64,000 bases of DNA from an uncultured bacterium. GTDB lineage: Bacteria > Verrucomicrobiota > Verrucomicrobiia > Verrucomicrobiales > V1-33. A program made the translations under genes and the position numbers. The notes under the pieces are model-generated. The model was not told the origin of the DNA. It worked only from the letters and a program-made list of their open reading frames with translations, and made no database searches. Shown here piece by piece: positions 1 to 8,298 of the stretch (the stretch's first letter is position 1; the number at the start of each line of letters is the position of its first letter). The stretch is taken from contig CAIZWU010000201.1 of NCBI GenBank assembly GCA_903936775.1, positions 2,992-66,991 on the forward strand. Reading direction: 5' to 3'.

Positions 1-818
1 AAGGAATAGGGGGGATGGATAAAAATCGAGGTTTCCCCGGAATGGGGGGTCACCTGTCCCTGCGCCACGGCACAGTGTTCGAGGACGCGTGTTACGGTGG
101 TTCCGACCGCTATCCTCCGTGGGGCGGCTTCGATCAAGGCCGCCGCCTGAGGGGTCACGGTATAACGTTCCGTATGCATCACGTGATCTTGCAGCCGCTC
201 CGCTTTAACGGGTTGGAAGGTGCCTGCTCCAACTTCGAGGGTGATGAAAGTATGCTGCAGTCCTGCCAGAATCTCCGGGGTGAAATGCAATCCTGCGGTA
301 GGAGCCGCGATGGCCAGGGTCCGTTCTTTGGCCGCGAATACGGTCTGATACCGTTCCTCATCGGCGGCATCATCGTCCCGTTTCATGTAGTGGGGGAGGG
401 GCAGGTGTCCAAACTGCGCATCATCAATGTCGGCATTCCACTCAATGATCCGGGTCCCATCCGCCAACACTTCAGTCACGGTTCCGGTGGCCCCGCCCAC
501 CACCAACTGTTTCCCGGGAGCCAGGCGTTTCCCGGGTTTGGCCATGCAGTGCCAGCGCCGTGCTGTCAGGGCCTGCAACCGCAGCAGCTCGAACCGGCCG
601 TCATCCGAGTAGAAACGCGCCCGGGCCACCCGGACATTGTTCAGCACGATCAGGTCGTCCGACCGGGTCAGGGAAGGGAAATCGGTAAACTGGCGGTGCC
701 CGATCGTTCCCGCTGCCCGGTCTACTACCAGCATTCGGGCGCCGTCCCTGCGCTCGGGCGGACGGTCCGCGATCAAGGCTTCCGGCAGGTGATAGTCAAA
801 ATCGTCAGTGCGCAGCAT
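1..818 (-). CDS. queA: S-adenosylmethionine:tRNA ribosyltransferase-isomerase QueA (C-terminus runs off the window start)
   Basis: Own reverse-strand translation; it is absent from the ORF track because it has no stop inside the window. Sequence: MLRTDDFDYHLPEALIADRPPERRDGARMLVVDR...PTAGLHFTPEIL...TLEVGAGTFQPVKAERLQDHVMHTERY. The DFDY-LPE-LIA N-terminus, GLHFT, and the GAGTFxPV and HxMHxE blocks are QueA hallmarks. An alternative in-frame ATG lies at 845. Confidence 0.85.
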   Translation of the reverse strand, partial: MLRTDDFDYHLPEALIADRPPERRDGARMLVVDRAAGTIGHRQFTDFPSLTRSDDLIVLNNVRVARARFYSDDGRFELLRLQALTARRWHCMAKPGKRLAPGKQLVVGGATGTVTEVLADGTRIIEWNADIDDAQFGHLPLPHYMKRDDDAADEERYQTVFAAKERTLAIAAPTAGLHFTPEILAGLQHTFITLEVGAGTFQPVKAERLQDHVMHTERYTVTPQAAALIEAAPRRIAVGTTVTRVLEHCAVAQGQVTPHSGETSIFIHPPYS

Positions 819-966
819 GTAATTGGAAGCAGGGCGGAAGCACATTCCTTCCGCCTTTTAATAACCCTAATATCCAAGCGGGAATCCTTCCCCGCAAGCG
901 GGGTGCCACGGGGCGGTGCCTCTTCCCCCGGGGCCAGGATGATCCGGGTTGAGCAGTCCAGCCGGC

Positions 967-1815
967 TTAGCCCTCCTTGCGGGCAGCCTGCATGGCGGCA
1001 CCAATGGGGCGGAAGCCGCTTTCCAGCAGGTTATTATGCCGTCCGCCGGGGATTTCCTCAAAATTTGCGGTGGGGCCGGCCTCCGAAGTCAGGAGGCGGG
1101 CCATCCGGAGCGGAATCACCTCATCGTCGGTGCCATGGAAGACCCACGCGTGGCCACCACGCTGTCCCAGACTGGCCAGTCCGGCGCGATTATCAAACCG
1201 GTGGGTCACCAGCCATCCCAGCGGCACTTTGAACAATTCACGGCTTAGGTCCATCGTGCTGGTGAAGGGAGCCAGCAGCACCGCCCGGCGGATCCCGTAT
1301 TCCTCCGCCGCCATCAGCGCCACGGCCGCTCCGAGTGAATGTCCGAAGACGATTCCCCGGGTGGCCAGTCCACCGGCTGGCAGCTGGCATCGTTCCGTAA
1401 TCAGTGGCCCCACCGCCCGCAGGCTTTCCTGAATGGTGCGGGGATGTGGTTTTCCGTCACAAATCCCGTATCCTGGATAGTCGAAAAATACGAAGGCATC
1501 TTGGCGCAGCCCGGCCAGTTCCGGCAGGCCCGCGAAGTCCAGCGCCATACTGCCATTTCCGGCGGCTACGATCCACACCCGTTCCGGAGCCGATCCCCCG
1601 GCCGGCAGGCGCAGCCAGGCGGTTTGTTCGCCCTGACTGGTGGTGAACTCCAACCGCTCTCCGCCGTTCTCCAGAAACGAGGCGGTTTCTGCTTTTTGAT
1701 AGTGCTGCGGAAAATAAATAAACCGGCTCTGAAATGCCGCGAGCAATCCCAACCCGGCCACCACCGTGACCACCGAGGTGCGGGTGAGGCGGCGGAGCAT
1801 GGAAGGCGGTTTCAT
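967..1815 (-). CDS. alpha/beta-fold hydrolase, membrane-anchored or secreted
   Basis: 282-aa ORF. It has an N-terminal hydrophobic anchor (VVTVVAGLGLLAAF) and the nucleophile elbow G-H-S-L-G (IVFGHSLGAAVA). A later Asp (GTDDEV) and His (GGRHNN) are consistent with a Ser-Asp-His triad. Confidence 0.8.
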   Translation of the reverse strand: MKPPSMLRRLTRTSVVTVVAGLGLLAAFQSRFIYFPQHYQKAETASFLENGGERLEFTTSQGEQTAWLRLPAGGSAPERVWIVAAGNGSMALDFAGLPELAGLRQDAFVFFDYPGYGICDGKPHPRTIQESLRAVGPLITERCQLPAGGLATRGIVFGHSLGAAVALMAAEEYGIRRAVLLAPFTSTMDLSRELFKVPLGWLVTHRFDNRAGLASLGQRGGHAWVFHGTDDEVIPLRMARLLTSEAGPTANFEEIPGGRHNNLLESGFRPIGAAMQAARKEG

Positions 1816-2028
1816 CCCACATCATCCCGTGACCGCAGAGGGTGGCAAGCGCTGGATTGCCGGGCGCTCTTGCTGCATGGGGAATCTGGCCGGCCGTGGA
1901 GGGCAAGGATTGGCTTCAGGGCGTGCCCTGGATTGATCATCGCCAAGTGCCCGCAAAGCACCATGGTGAGGGGGAATCAAGGATCCTGCCAAATCCTCCA
2001 ATGAAGGATAATTTGGTGAATTTTGTTT

Positions 2029-2568
2029 TCAGGCATGCAGGACGTGGTGCACGGGAATGTCGTGGGCGGCGGCAGGCAGGGTGGGGATGATTTGGCAGGT
2101 GAAGCAGATGCCCGCGGTGGCAACTGATGGGGCAAGGGAGGCGAGGAACCGGTCATAATAACCAGCCCCGTGACCCAACCGGTCGCCAGCGGGGGTGAAC
2201 GCGACTCCGGGAACCAGGACCAGCGCCATGGAAGCGGCAGCGACGGGGGGGCTGAGGGAAGGGTCGGGCTCGATAATGCCGAAGGGGCCGGGCCTCCACC
2301 GGTCAAGATGAAGCGGCCGGTGCCAGGTCAGGCTCCGGTCCGGATGGCAGAGGGGCAGGAGAAAGGTTTTGTCAGTAGCCCGGAGCAGGGGCAGCAGATC
2401 GGGCTCAGTGACGGTGGAGTGGAACAGTGCAACGACAGGGGCTTCCTGGAAGCAGGGCCAGGCGAGCAGCCGGTCGCGGAGGGTGGCGGAAGCGGTGGTT
2501 TTGGTGGCTTCCGGGAGGTGACCCAGCACATGCCGGAGACGGCGGCGGAGGGCGGGTTTCTCAAGCAT
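2029..2568 (-). CDS. 5-formyltetrahydrofolate cyclo-ligase
   Basis: 179-aa ORF. The C-terminal motif DRLGHGAGYYDRFL and the length are typical of the MTHFS/YgfA family. Confidence 0.8.
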   Translation of the reverse strand: MLEKPALRRRLRHVLGHLPEATKTTASATLRDRLLAWPCFQEAPVVALFHSTVTEPDLLPLLRATDKTFLLPLCHPDRSLTWHRPLHLDRWRPGPFGIIEPDPSLSPPVAAASMALVLVPGVAFTPAGDRLGHGAGYYDRFLASLAPSVATAGICFTCQIIPTLPAAAHDIPVHHVLHA

Positions 2569-2588
2569 GGCGGCGCCAGGCGGTTGGA

Positions 2589-4517
2589 TCAGGGATTGAG
2601 CTGGAGGCGGCCGATGGACTCCGGGGCGAAACGGTAGAGGTCGTAACTGAGCATGGCTTCCATTCCCAATACCGACGGAAGACGCTGCCAGCGGGGATCG
2701 TTGGTGACGGCCTGCAGCAGGGCAGGGTTTTCCTGCGCCATGGCAGCGGGACCACGCAGGCAGAGGAAGAGGGGCTGTTGGCTGGTGATCGCCACTTGGA
2801 TCAGGGTTTCGAGGTCGGCCGGCGATTTCAGGATGCGCAGCCGGGGATCGTAGGACAGCATCTGACGGGCACCGTCCCCGAAAGAGGCCGTGAGGATTTT
2901 TGGATCCGCCTGTTCGGGGGCGGGAGCACTGCCACGCATGGCGGCGACGGCCTCCCGGATGGGCTGGCGGGGGATGTGCATGATTTTACCAAGCGCGGTG
3001 GCGGTGAACAGGCTGAAGAGCACGGCAAAGATGAGGGGCAGGGAAGTGAGCGCGCGTGGATGCAGCGCCATCAATCCCCGGGCGGCCCAGACGAGGCTGA
3101 GGGCGAAGAGCGGGAGCAGATACAGCAGATACCAAGTCAGGAAAGGGGCTCCCGACAGGGCGTTATGGACAATCGCGAGAAGGGTGGCGAGCGAAAGAGT
3201 GCCGGCGACCAGGCGGGTGCGCCAGTCCTGACGCAACAAGGCGGCCAACCCGCCCAGCGTGAGCAGCGGGATGAGGCCAAAGACGATCCCGTTTTTCCAG
3301 GGAGCCGCGGCCGTGAGATCGCTGAGGGCAATCCCGAGGCTGGTGCCGGGCGGGTCTCCGGAAGGACGCAGGCCGGTGACGAGGTGAGTCCAGAGATCAG
3401 TGAACCAACCCACGCCGATGGGGGCGTATTCATTGGCGGACTTCAGGTAAGCGGCTAGTTGGGGGACGTGGGGGCCGAGAACAAGGGCGGTGGGGATAAA
3501 GGAAAAGATACCGGCCGTGATGAGCCGGGCCGCTCCTCCACGGCGGATGGTTCCGGGAGCACCACTCCGCCAGATGACGAGCAGAGCCACCACATTCTGG
3601 GCGGCAACCACATAGACGCTGCCCGCAAAGCAAAGCAGAAAGAGGGCTTGGGCTGCCGCGAAGCCAAACCACCAGCGCCAGCGGTTGGTCTGAAGGGCCC
3701 GGACAAGACAGAGCAGGCCGGCTGTGATGGCAAAAAGCATGGTGGAGTAACCCCGGATCTCCACACTCCAACGGACATGCCAGGGATGCAGGGCAAGAAT
3801 CAGGCCGGCGGCAAGGCCGGCCCGGGGACCGCCCAGCGCGGAACCGAGGAGGACGAGCGTGCCTACGGTCAGGATTCCGCTGACAAAAGGCACCAGCCGC
3901 AGGCCCGCCTCGGAAAAGGTGTGGTCCCCCGGGGCGTGGCCGCTGAGAAAATGGCCAAGCCGGTTTTCAAAGGAGGCCCAGATGTGGTGATTGCCTTTTT
4001 CGTTGAGAAAAATGGTTTCCGGCCAAGTGACGGCTTTGAAAGTCAGGCGCCCCTCCTCTGTCGGTGTGAACTCCCCCAGAACATAGCTGCGGAGGTGATA
4101 TTCCTCATCGTTCCAGAGACTGTGATCCATCCTGGCATAACGGGGCCAGGCGGCGAGGAGCATGGCTGCTGCCGCAAAGAACCAGGTCCAGCGCACGGCC
4201 CTGCGTGAGGGTGGCTCAAGGTCCGGATACACCGCCGCCTGGGGAAGGGACCACCACTTAACCGTGGCCAAGGCGACAAGGGAGGCAAGGAAGCCGGCAG
4301 CAACGCCCCACCAGACTCCGATTTGAATAAAATGCTCCAGCTTGAGGGATTTGCCCGTGGCCAAGCGCTTGACGATGCTGTCCTCCCATGGACGGGGGCC
4401 AGCCATCAAATAAATGCCCCAAGCCACCGCTACCGCCAGCAAGGCAAAAATGACCCTGACACTGGCAGGGTCACGTGATCCCTTGAACTGTTGAATGCTT
4501 TCCTTGAGGGGGATCAT
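2589..4517 (-). CDS. polytopic membrane protein, putative GT-C-fold glycosyltransferase (ArnT/PMT-like)
   Basis: About 13 hydrophobic segments by eye. An acidic motif LWNDEEYH follows the early TM helices, resembling the DE/DxD loop-1 motif of GT-C enzymes. The C-terminal ~170 aa look soluble. The ORF track starts at 4544, but the ATG at 4517 shares its A with the TGA of the upstream pseudopilin gene (minus-strand TGATG, 4519-4515), which favours 4517. The CDS is confident; the function is tentative. Confidence 0.7.
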   Translation of the reverse strand: MIPLKESIQQFKGSRDPASVRVIFALLAVAVAWGIYLMAGPRPWEDSIVKRLATGKSLKLEHFIQIGVWWGVAAGFLASLVALATVKWWSLPQAAVYPDLEPPSRRAVRWTWFFAAAAMLLAAWPRYARMDHSLWNDEEYHLRSYVLGEFTPTEEGRLTFKAVTWPETIFLNEKGNHHIWASFENRLGHFLSGHAPGDHTFSEAGLRLVPFVSGILTVGTLVLLGSALGGPRAGLAAGLILALHPWHVRWSVEIRGYSTMLFAITAGLLCLVRALQTNRWRWWFGFAAAQALFLLCFAGSVYVVAAQNVVALLVIWRSGAPGTIRRGGAARLITAGIFSFIPTALVLGPHVPQLAAYLKSANEYAPIGVGWFTDLWTHLVTGLRPSGDPPGTSLGIALSDLTAAAPWKNGIVFGLIPLLTLGGLAALLRQDWRTRLVAGTLSLATLLAIVHNALSGAPFLTWYLLYLLPLFALSLVWAARGLMALHPRALTSLPLIFAVLFSLFTATALGKIMHIPRQPIREAVAAMRGSAPAPEQADPKILTASFGDGARQMLSYDPRLRILKSPADLETLIQVAITSQQPLFLCLRGPAAMAQENPALLQAVTNDPRWQRLPSVLGMEAMLSYDLYRFAPESIGRLQLNP

Positions 4518-5170
4518 CAGTCCGCTCCCCAGCTCGCAATCCATTCTTTCTGCGATTCCGGATCATCCAGCGGCTTTTCCAAGGCTCCGAAGGACCAGAC
4601 TTCATAGTCCGCATCCGAGTGGACAAGGTCGATGTTGGAGATGCGGCGGTTGCGGTCCTTGATGGATTTTACGTACTGGAAGGGTTTACGCCATCCGTCG
4701 ATCAGGAAATAGGTGCCATCGGTAGCGACATCCACCATCTTGTTGCCTTTTTTCTTGGATTCGATCTCTTTAGGAGTCGGGGGGGTGACTTCGTCCCAGT
4801 AAACGGTGCCACTGGAGCCGATTTTGCCCGTGGAGGCGATCCCCCCTCCTTTGATGGCACTGTTGCCGTCACCGGTCAGGACCTGATAGATCATCCGGGC
4901 GCCACCTACTTTATAACTTATTCCCCCGATATCGGTGGTGTCCTCCAGCCCCAGGGCCTCGGGGTACTCACCATTGTCTGTTTTATAGCTCTCAATACCC
5001 AGCTGGATGCCAGCCAGACGGGCGATGGTGTTTTTCTTGGCGGCCTTGTTGGTCGCAAGCCGGAACATGCCAAAACTCATGGCTGCGAGCATCCCGATGA
5101 TGGTGATCACAGTCATGATCTCAACCAAAGTAAAAGCTTTGGTGGTTGAACGAAGCGGCCGGTTTTTCAT
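4517..5170 (-). CDS. gspG: type II secretion major pseudopilin-like protein (GspG-like, enlarged)
   Basis: Prepilin-type N-terminus KAFTLVEIMTVITIIGMLAAM with Glu+5. GspG-like blocks are YKTDNGEYPE (Y.xD.G.YP) and DGWRKPFQY (DxWGxPYxY-like). At 217 aa it is longer than typical GspG, with a G/S/T/P-rich insert (GGGIASTGKIGSSGTVYWDEVTPPTPKE). The residue at -1 of the predicted cleavage site is Ala, not Gly. Confidence 0.85.
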   Translation of the reverse strand: MKNRPLRSTTKAFTLVEIMTVITIIGMLAAMSFGMFRLATNKAAKKNTIARLAGIQLGIESYKTDNGEYPEALGLEDTTDIGGISYKVGGARMIYQVLTGDGNSAIKGGGIASTGKIGSSGTVYWDEVTPPTPKEIESKKKGNKMVDVATDGTYFLIDGWRKPFQYVKSIKDRNRRISNIDLVHSDADYEVWSFGALEKPLDDPESQKEWIASWGAD

Positions 5171-5228
5171 GGCAAGTTGGGGGGCAGGGGGAGGAGGTAT
5201 ATCGGAGTTAGCGGTGCCGTGGACCGGA

Positions 5229-6494
5229 TCAGCCTTGGAACTTGGTAATGACGGTGATGAGAGGCTGGAAGAGCGCCAGCACGATGACCGCCACGATGAC
5301 GGCGAGCACCACGATCATGATTGGTTCCAGCAGTGAGGTCAGGGCAGTGACCGAGTTGTCGACCTCGTCATCATAGACATCGGCGATTTTGAGCAGCATT
5401 TCCGGCAACTGGCCGGTTTCCTCGCCGACCTCGATCATACTGATCACCATGGCCGGAAAGATTTTCGAAGCATTGAGGGGGGCTACCATTGATTCACCTT
5501 CCTTGACGGCATCATGGACGCGCATGATGGCGTCGGAGACCGTCAGATTCCCGGCGGTGTCGCGGGTGATGTTCAGGGCCTGCAGGATCGGCACGCCAGA
5601 GGTGACCAGCGTACCCAGGGTGCGGGTAAAACGGGCCACCGCACTTTTGAGGAGAACGGACCCAAAAAGAGGCAGCTTCAGGACCAATTTGTCGAGAGTT
5701 TTACGTCCACCGGCGGTAGCGGCGTAAGCCTTGCCTCCAAAGACAAGGATGGTGCCGGCCCCCGCGATAATGAGGAAGTTGTGTTGCAAAAAGTCACTGG
5801 CCCCGATGACCACCTTGGTCAGGACGGGCATGGATTCCGCTCCACCTTCCACCATGCTCTCGAAGATGGCAGTGAATTTGGGCACGATATAAACCAGGAG
5901 GAACACCACGATGCCGACGGCGATCAGGACCACGATGACCGGGTAGGTCATGGCGGAGATGATTTTGTTCTTCAGTTTGTTGGCTTTTTCCTGGTATTCC
6001 GCAAGGCGGTTGAGGACGAGCTCAAGCACCCCGCCCAGTTCACCAGCCTTGACCATGTTGACGTAGAGCTTGTTGAAGATCTTGGGGTGTTGGGCAAGAC
6101 TTTCCGAAAACGTGGAACCGGTCTGGACGGAGTCAGCCAAGGCGTTGACGGTGCTTTTGAGAACCGGGTTGGGTTCCTGATTGCCAAGCACGGTGAGTCC
6201 GCGCAGCAGGGGCAAGCCCGAATCAATCAGGGTAGCCAGCTGACGGGTGAAAATCATGAGGTTCTTACTCTTGATCTTCCCGGTAACCTTTTTGGGGGCT
6301 TTGGCCTGGCGCTTTTTGGCGGCTTTGGCTTTCTGTTTGACGGCGGCCGTGAGTTGCCCCTCTGGAGCGACCTGGGTGGGGAAGAGGCCCATGCCTTTGA
6401 GTTTGGCGGACGCATCGTCGCGGTTGCCGGCGTCTACGGTGCCGGCGGTTTCCTCGCCTTTAGCGTTTAGTGCAATGTATTCAAACTTGGCCAT
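5229..6494 (-). CDS. gspF: type II secretion / type IV pilus platform protein GspF/PilC
   Basis: 421 aa. The N-terminus MAKFEYIALNAKGEETAGTVDA..., two repeated T2SSF-like cytoplasmic domains and three TM segments give the classic GspF/PilC architecture. Confidence 0.9.
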   Translation of the reverse strand: MAKFEYIALNAKGEETAGTVDAGNRDDASAKLKGMGLFPTQVAPEGQLTAAVKQKAKAAKKRQAKAPKKVTGKIKSKNLMIFTRQLATLIDSGLPLLRGLTVLGNQEPNPVLKSTVNALADSVQTGSTFSESLAQHPKIFNKLYVNMVKAGELGGVLELVLNRLAEYQEKANKLKNKIISAMTYPVIVVLIAVGIVVFLLVYIVPKFTAIFESMVEGGAESMPVLTKVVIGASDFLQHNFLIIAGAGTILVFGGKAYAATAGGRKTLDKLVLKLPLFGSVLLKSAVARFTRTLGTLVTSGVPILQALNITRDTAGNLTVSDAIMRVHDAVKEGESMVAPLNASKIFPAMVISMIEVGEETGQLPEMLLKIADVYDDEVDNSVTALTSLLEPIMIVVLAVIVAVIVLALFQPLITVITKFQG

Positions 6495-6600
6495 GTGGTC
6501 TCTTGTTGGAAGGGATTGTGAAAGGGATTAGCGGAACTGCCGGGATTTGTCATCGGGAAAAATCGGAAGTGACAGTGAATCGCAAAATTCTTGGGGGAAA

Positions 6601-8265
6601 TCAGGTGTATTTGAGAACTTCTTCGATGGTGGTGCTGCCTTCGTAGATACAGTCCAAGCCATAATCGCGGAGCGTAATCATGCCGAGTTCGACTGCTTTT
6701 TGCTTGAGGACGATGGAAGGAGCTTTTTCGATGACCATGTCGCGGAGGACATCATTCATATCGAGGAGCTCATACAGGCCGCGCCGGCCGCGGTAGCCAG
6801 AGTTGCCGCAATCTTCACAGCCGCGACCGGTGTAGAAGTGTTTGTCCCCGATTTCATGGGCCGAGAGCCCGAGTTGGGAGAGGATGGACTCATTCGGCTC
6901 ATAAGGCACCCGGCAGGATTTGCAGATGGTGCGGACCAGCCGCTGGGCCAGCACGGCTTCCAAGGTGGCCGCGACGAGGAAGGGTTCGCAACCCATGTCA
7001 ATCAGACGGGTCACGGCTCCCGGGGCATCATTGGTGTGCAGGGTGGAGAGCACCAAGTGACCTGTCAGCGCCGCCTGAATGGCGATGGTGGCGGTTTCCA
7101 CGTCACGCATTTCCCCGACCATGATGCGGTCCGGATCCTGCCGGAGGAAGGCACGGAGGACGCGCTGGAACGTCACCCCGATGGCTTCATTGACCGGAAC
7201 CTGCTGGATGCCGTCGATCTCGTATTCGACGGGATCTTCCACCGTCAGAAGTTTCGAGTCCACCTGATTCACCTTCTTGATCGCGGCGTAGAGCGTGGTG
7301 GTCTTGCCGGCACCGGTAGGGCCGGTGCAGATGAAGATGCCGTTCGGCTTGTTGACCGTGTCGATGATGTATTCGTAAAGCTTCGGTGCAAACCCGAGGT
7401 TTTCGAGGTCAAGGTTGACACTGGAGCGGTCGAGTACCCGGAGCACCACGGATTCGCCATGAATCGTGGGGAGGGTGCTGACGCGCATGTCGATGCCGCG
7501 GCCTCCGATGGTTTTCATCAGGCGTCCATCCTGCGGAATGCGGCGCTCGGCGATGTTGAGATTCGCCATAACCTTGATACGGGAGGTGATGACGGGCCCG
7601 AGGTGGGCTGGGGGCGGCGCCATTTCAAGGAGGGCACCGTCAACGCGATATCGGATTTTGAAGTCGTTTTCGAAGGGTTCGAAGTGGATATCTGACGCCT
7701 TTTGTTTTACCGCTTGGAACAAAACGAGGTCGACATACCGCACAATCGGGGCGGCATTGACTTCGGCTTCGGCGACCACGCCGTCCTTGGGATCGACATT
7801 GATGCCGGCCAGAATGTCCTCCATGCCTTCGGCTTCAGCGGCGTAGGAGGTGTTGATCAATTCCTCCACCCGGTCGGTATCGGCGACGACGACGACGATA
7901 TTCTTGCCGAGGGCGAAGCGGAGATCTTCCGCGTTCTGGGGATTCAGGGGGTCCAGCAGGGCGACATGAAGGCCTTGTTCGTCGAAATTGACGGGGATGG
8001 CACCGTGCATGCGGGCGGCCGCGGCGGGCACGAGGTCGAGCAGGGCGCGGGGCGGATCGTAGCGGCGGAGATCGACATATTCCGCGCCGAGTTCCTCAGC
8101 AATGAGCCGGTAGACATCAGCCTCACTCTCGACATAACCATAGTCGGTCAGGAGGCGTTTGATATCCTTGCCGGAAGAGCTGACCTCCTCCATGAGCTCG
8201 GCGGCCTGCAGTTCATCAAGCAGGGAGCGGGACTGAAAAAGATCCAGGACGAATTGGGGATTCAT
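6601..8265 (-). CDS. gspE: type II secretion ATPase GspE/PilB-type (copy 1)
   Basis: 554 aa with a long N-terminal T2SSE_N-like region. Walker A is GPTGAGKTTTLYA and Walker B/Asp box is IMVGEMRD. The tetracysteine motif is CKSC...CEDC. Confidence 0.9.
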   Translation of the reverse strand: MNPQFVLDLFQSRSLLDELQAAELMEEVSSSGKDIKRLLTDYGYVESEADVYRLIAEELGAEYVDLRRYDPPRALLDLVPAAAARMHGAIPVNFDEQGLHVALLDPLNPQNAEDLRFALGKNIVVVVADTDRVEELINTSYAAEAEGMEDILAGINVDPKDGVVAEAEVNAAPIVRYVDLVLFQAVKQKASDIHFEPFENDFKIRYRVDGALLEMAPPPAHLGPVITSRIKVMANLNIAERRIPQDGRLMKTIGGRGIDMRVSTLPTIHGESVVLRVLDRSSVNLDLENLGFAPKLYEYIIDTVNKPNGIFICTGPTGAGKTTTLYAAIKKVNQVDSKLLTVEDPVEYEIDGIQQVPVNEAIGVTFQRVLRAFLRQDPDRIMVGEMRDVETATIAIQAALTGHLVLSTLHTNDAPGAVTRLIDMGCEPFLVAATLEAVLAQRLVRTICKSCRVPYEPNESILSQLGLSAHEIGDKHFYTGRGCEDCGNSGYRGRRGLYELLDMNDVLRDMVIEKAPSIVLKQKAVELGMITLRDYGLDCIYEGSTTIEEVLKYT

Positions 8266-8298
8266 GAAAAGCGTGGAAAAGAGGTGAATGAAGGCGGC

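Noticed and set aside
15-1232. 405-aa plus-strand ORF, the longest ORF at the window start.
   Set aside because: Its composition is Gly/Arg/Pro-rich with no recognisable motifs. It is exactly antisense to a clean QueA reading frame (1-818) and to the 3' part of the alpha/beta hydrolase. This is a typical stop-poor antisense frame of a high-GC genome.
2569-2588. 6S RNA (ssrS), which precedes the 5-formyl-THF cyclo-ligase gene in many proteobacteria.
   Set aside because: Only 20 nt separate the cyclo-ligase start from the upstream CDS stop, so there is no room for a ~180-nt RNA.
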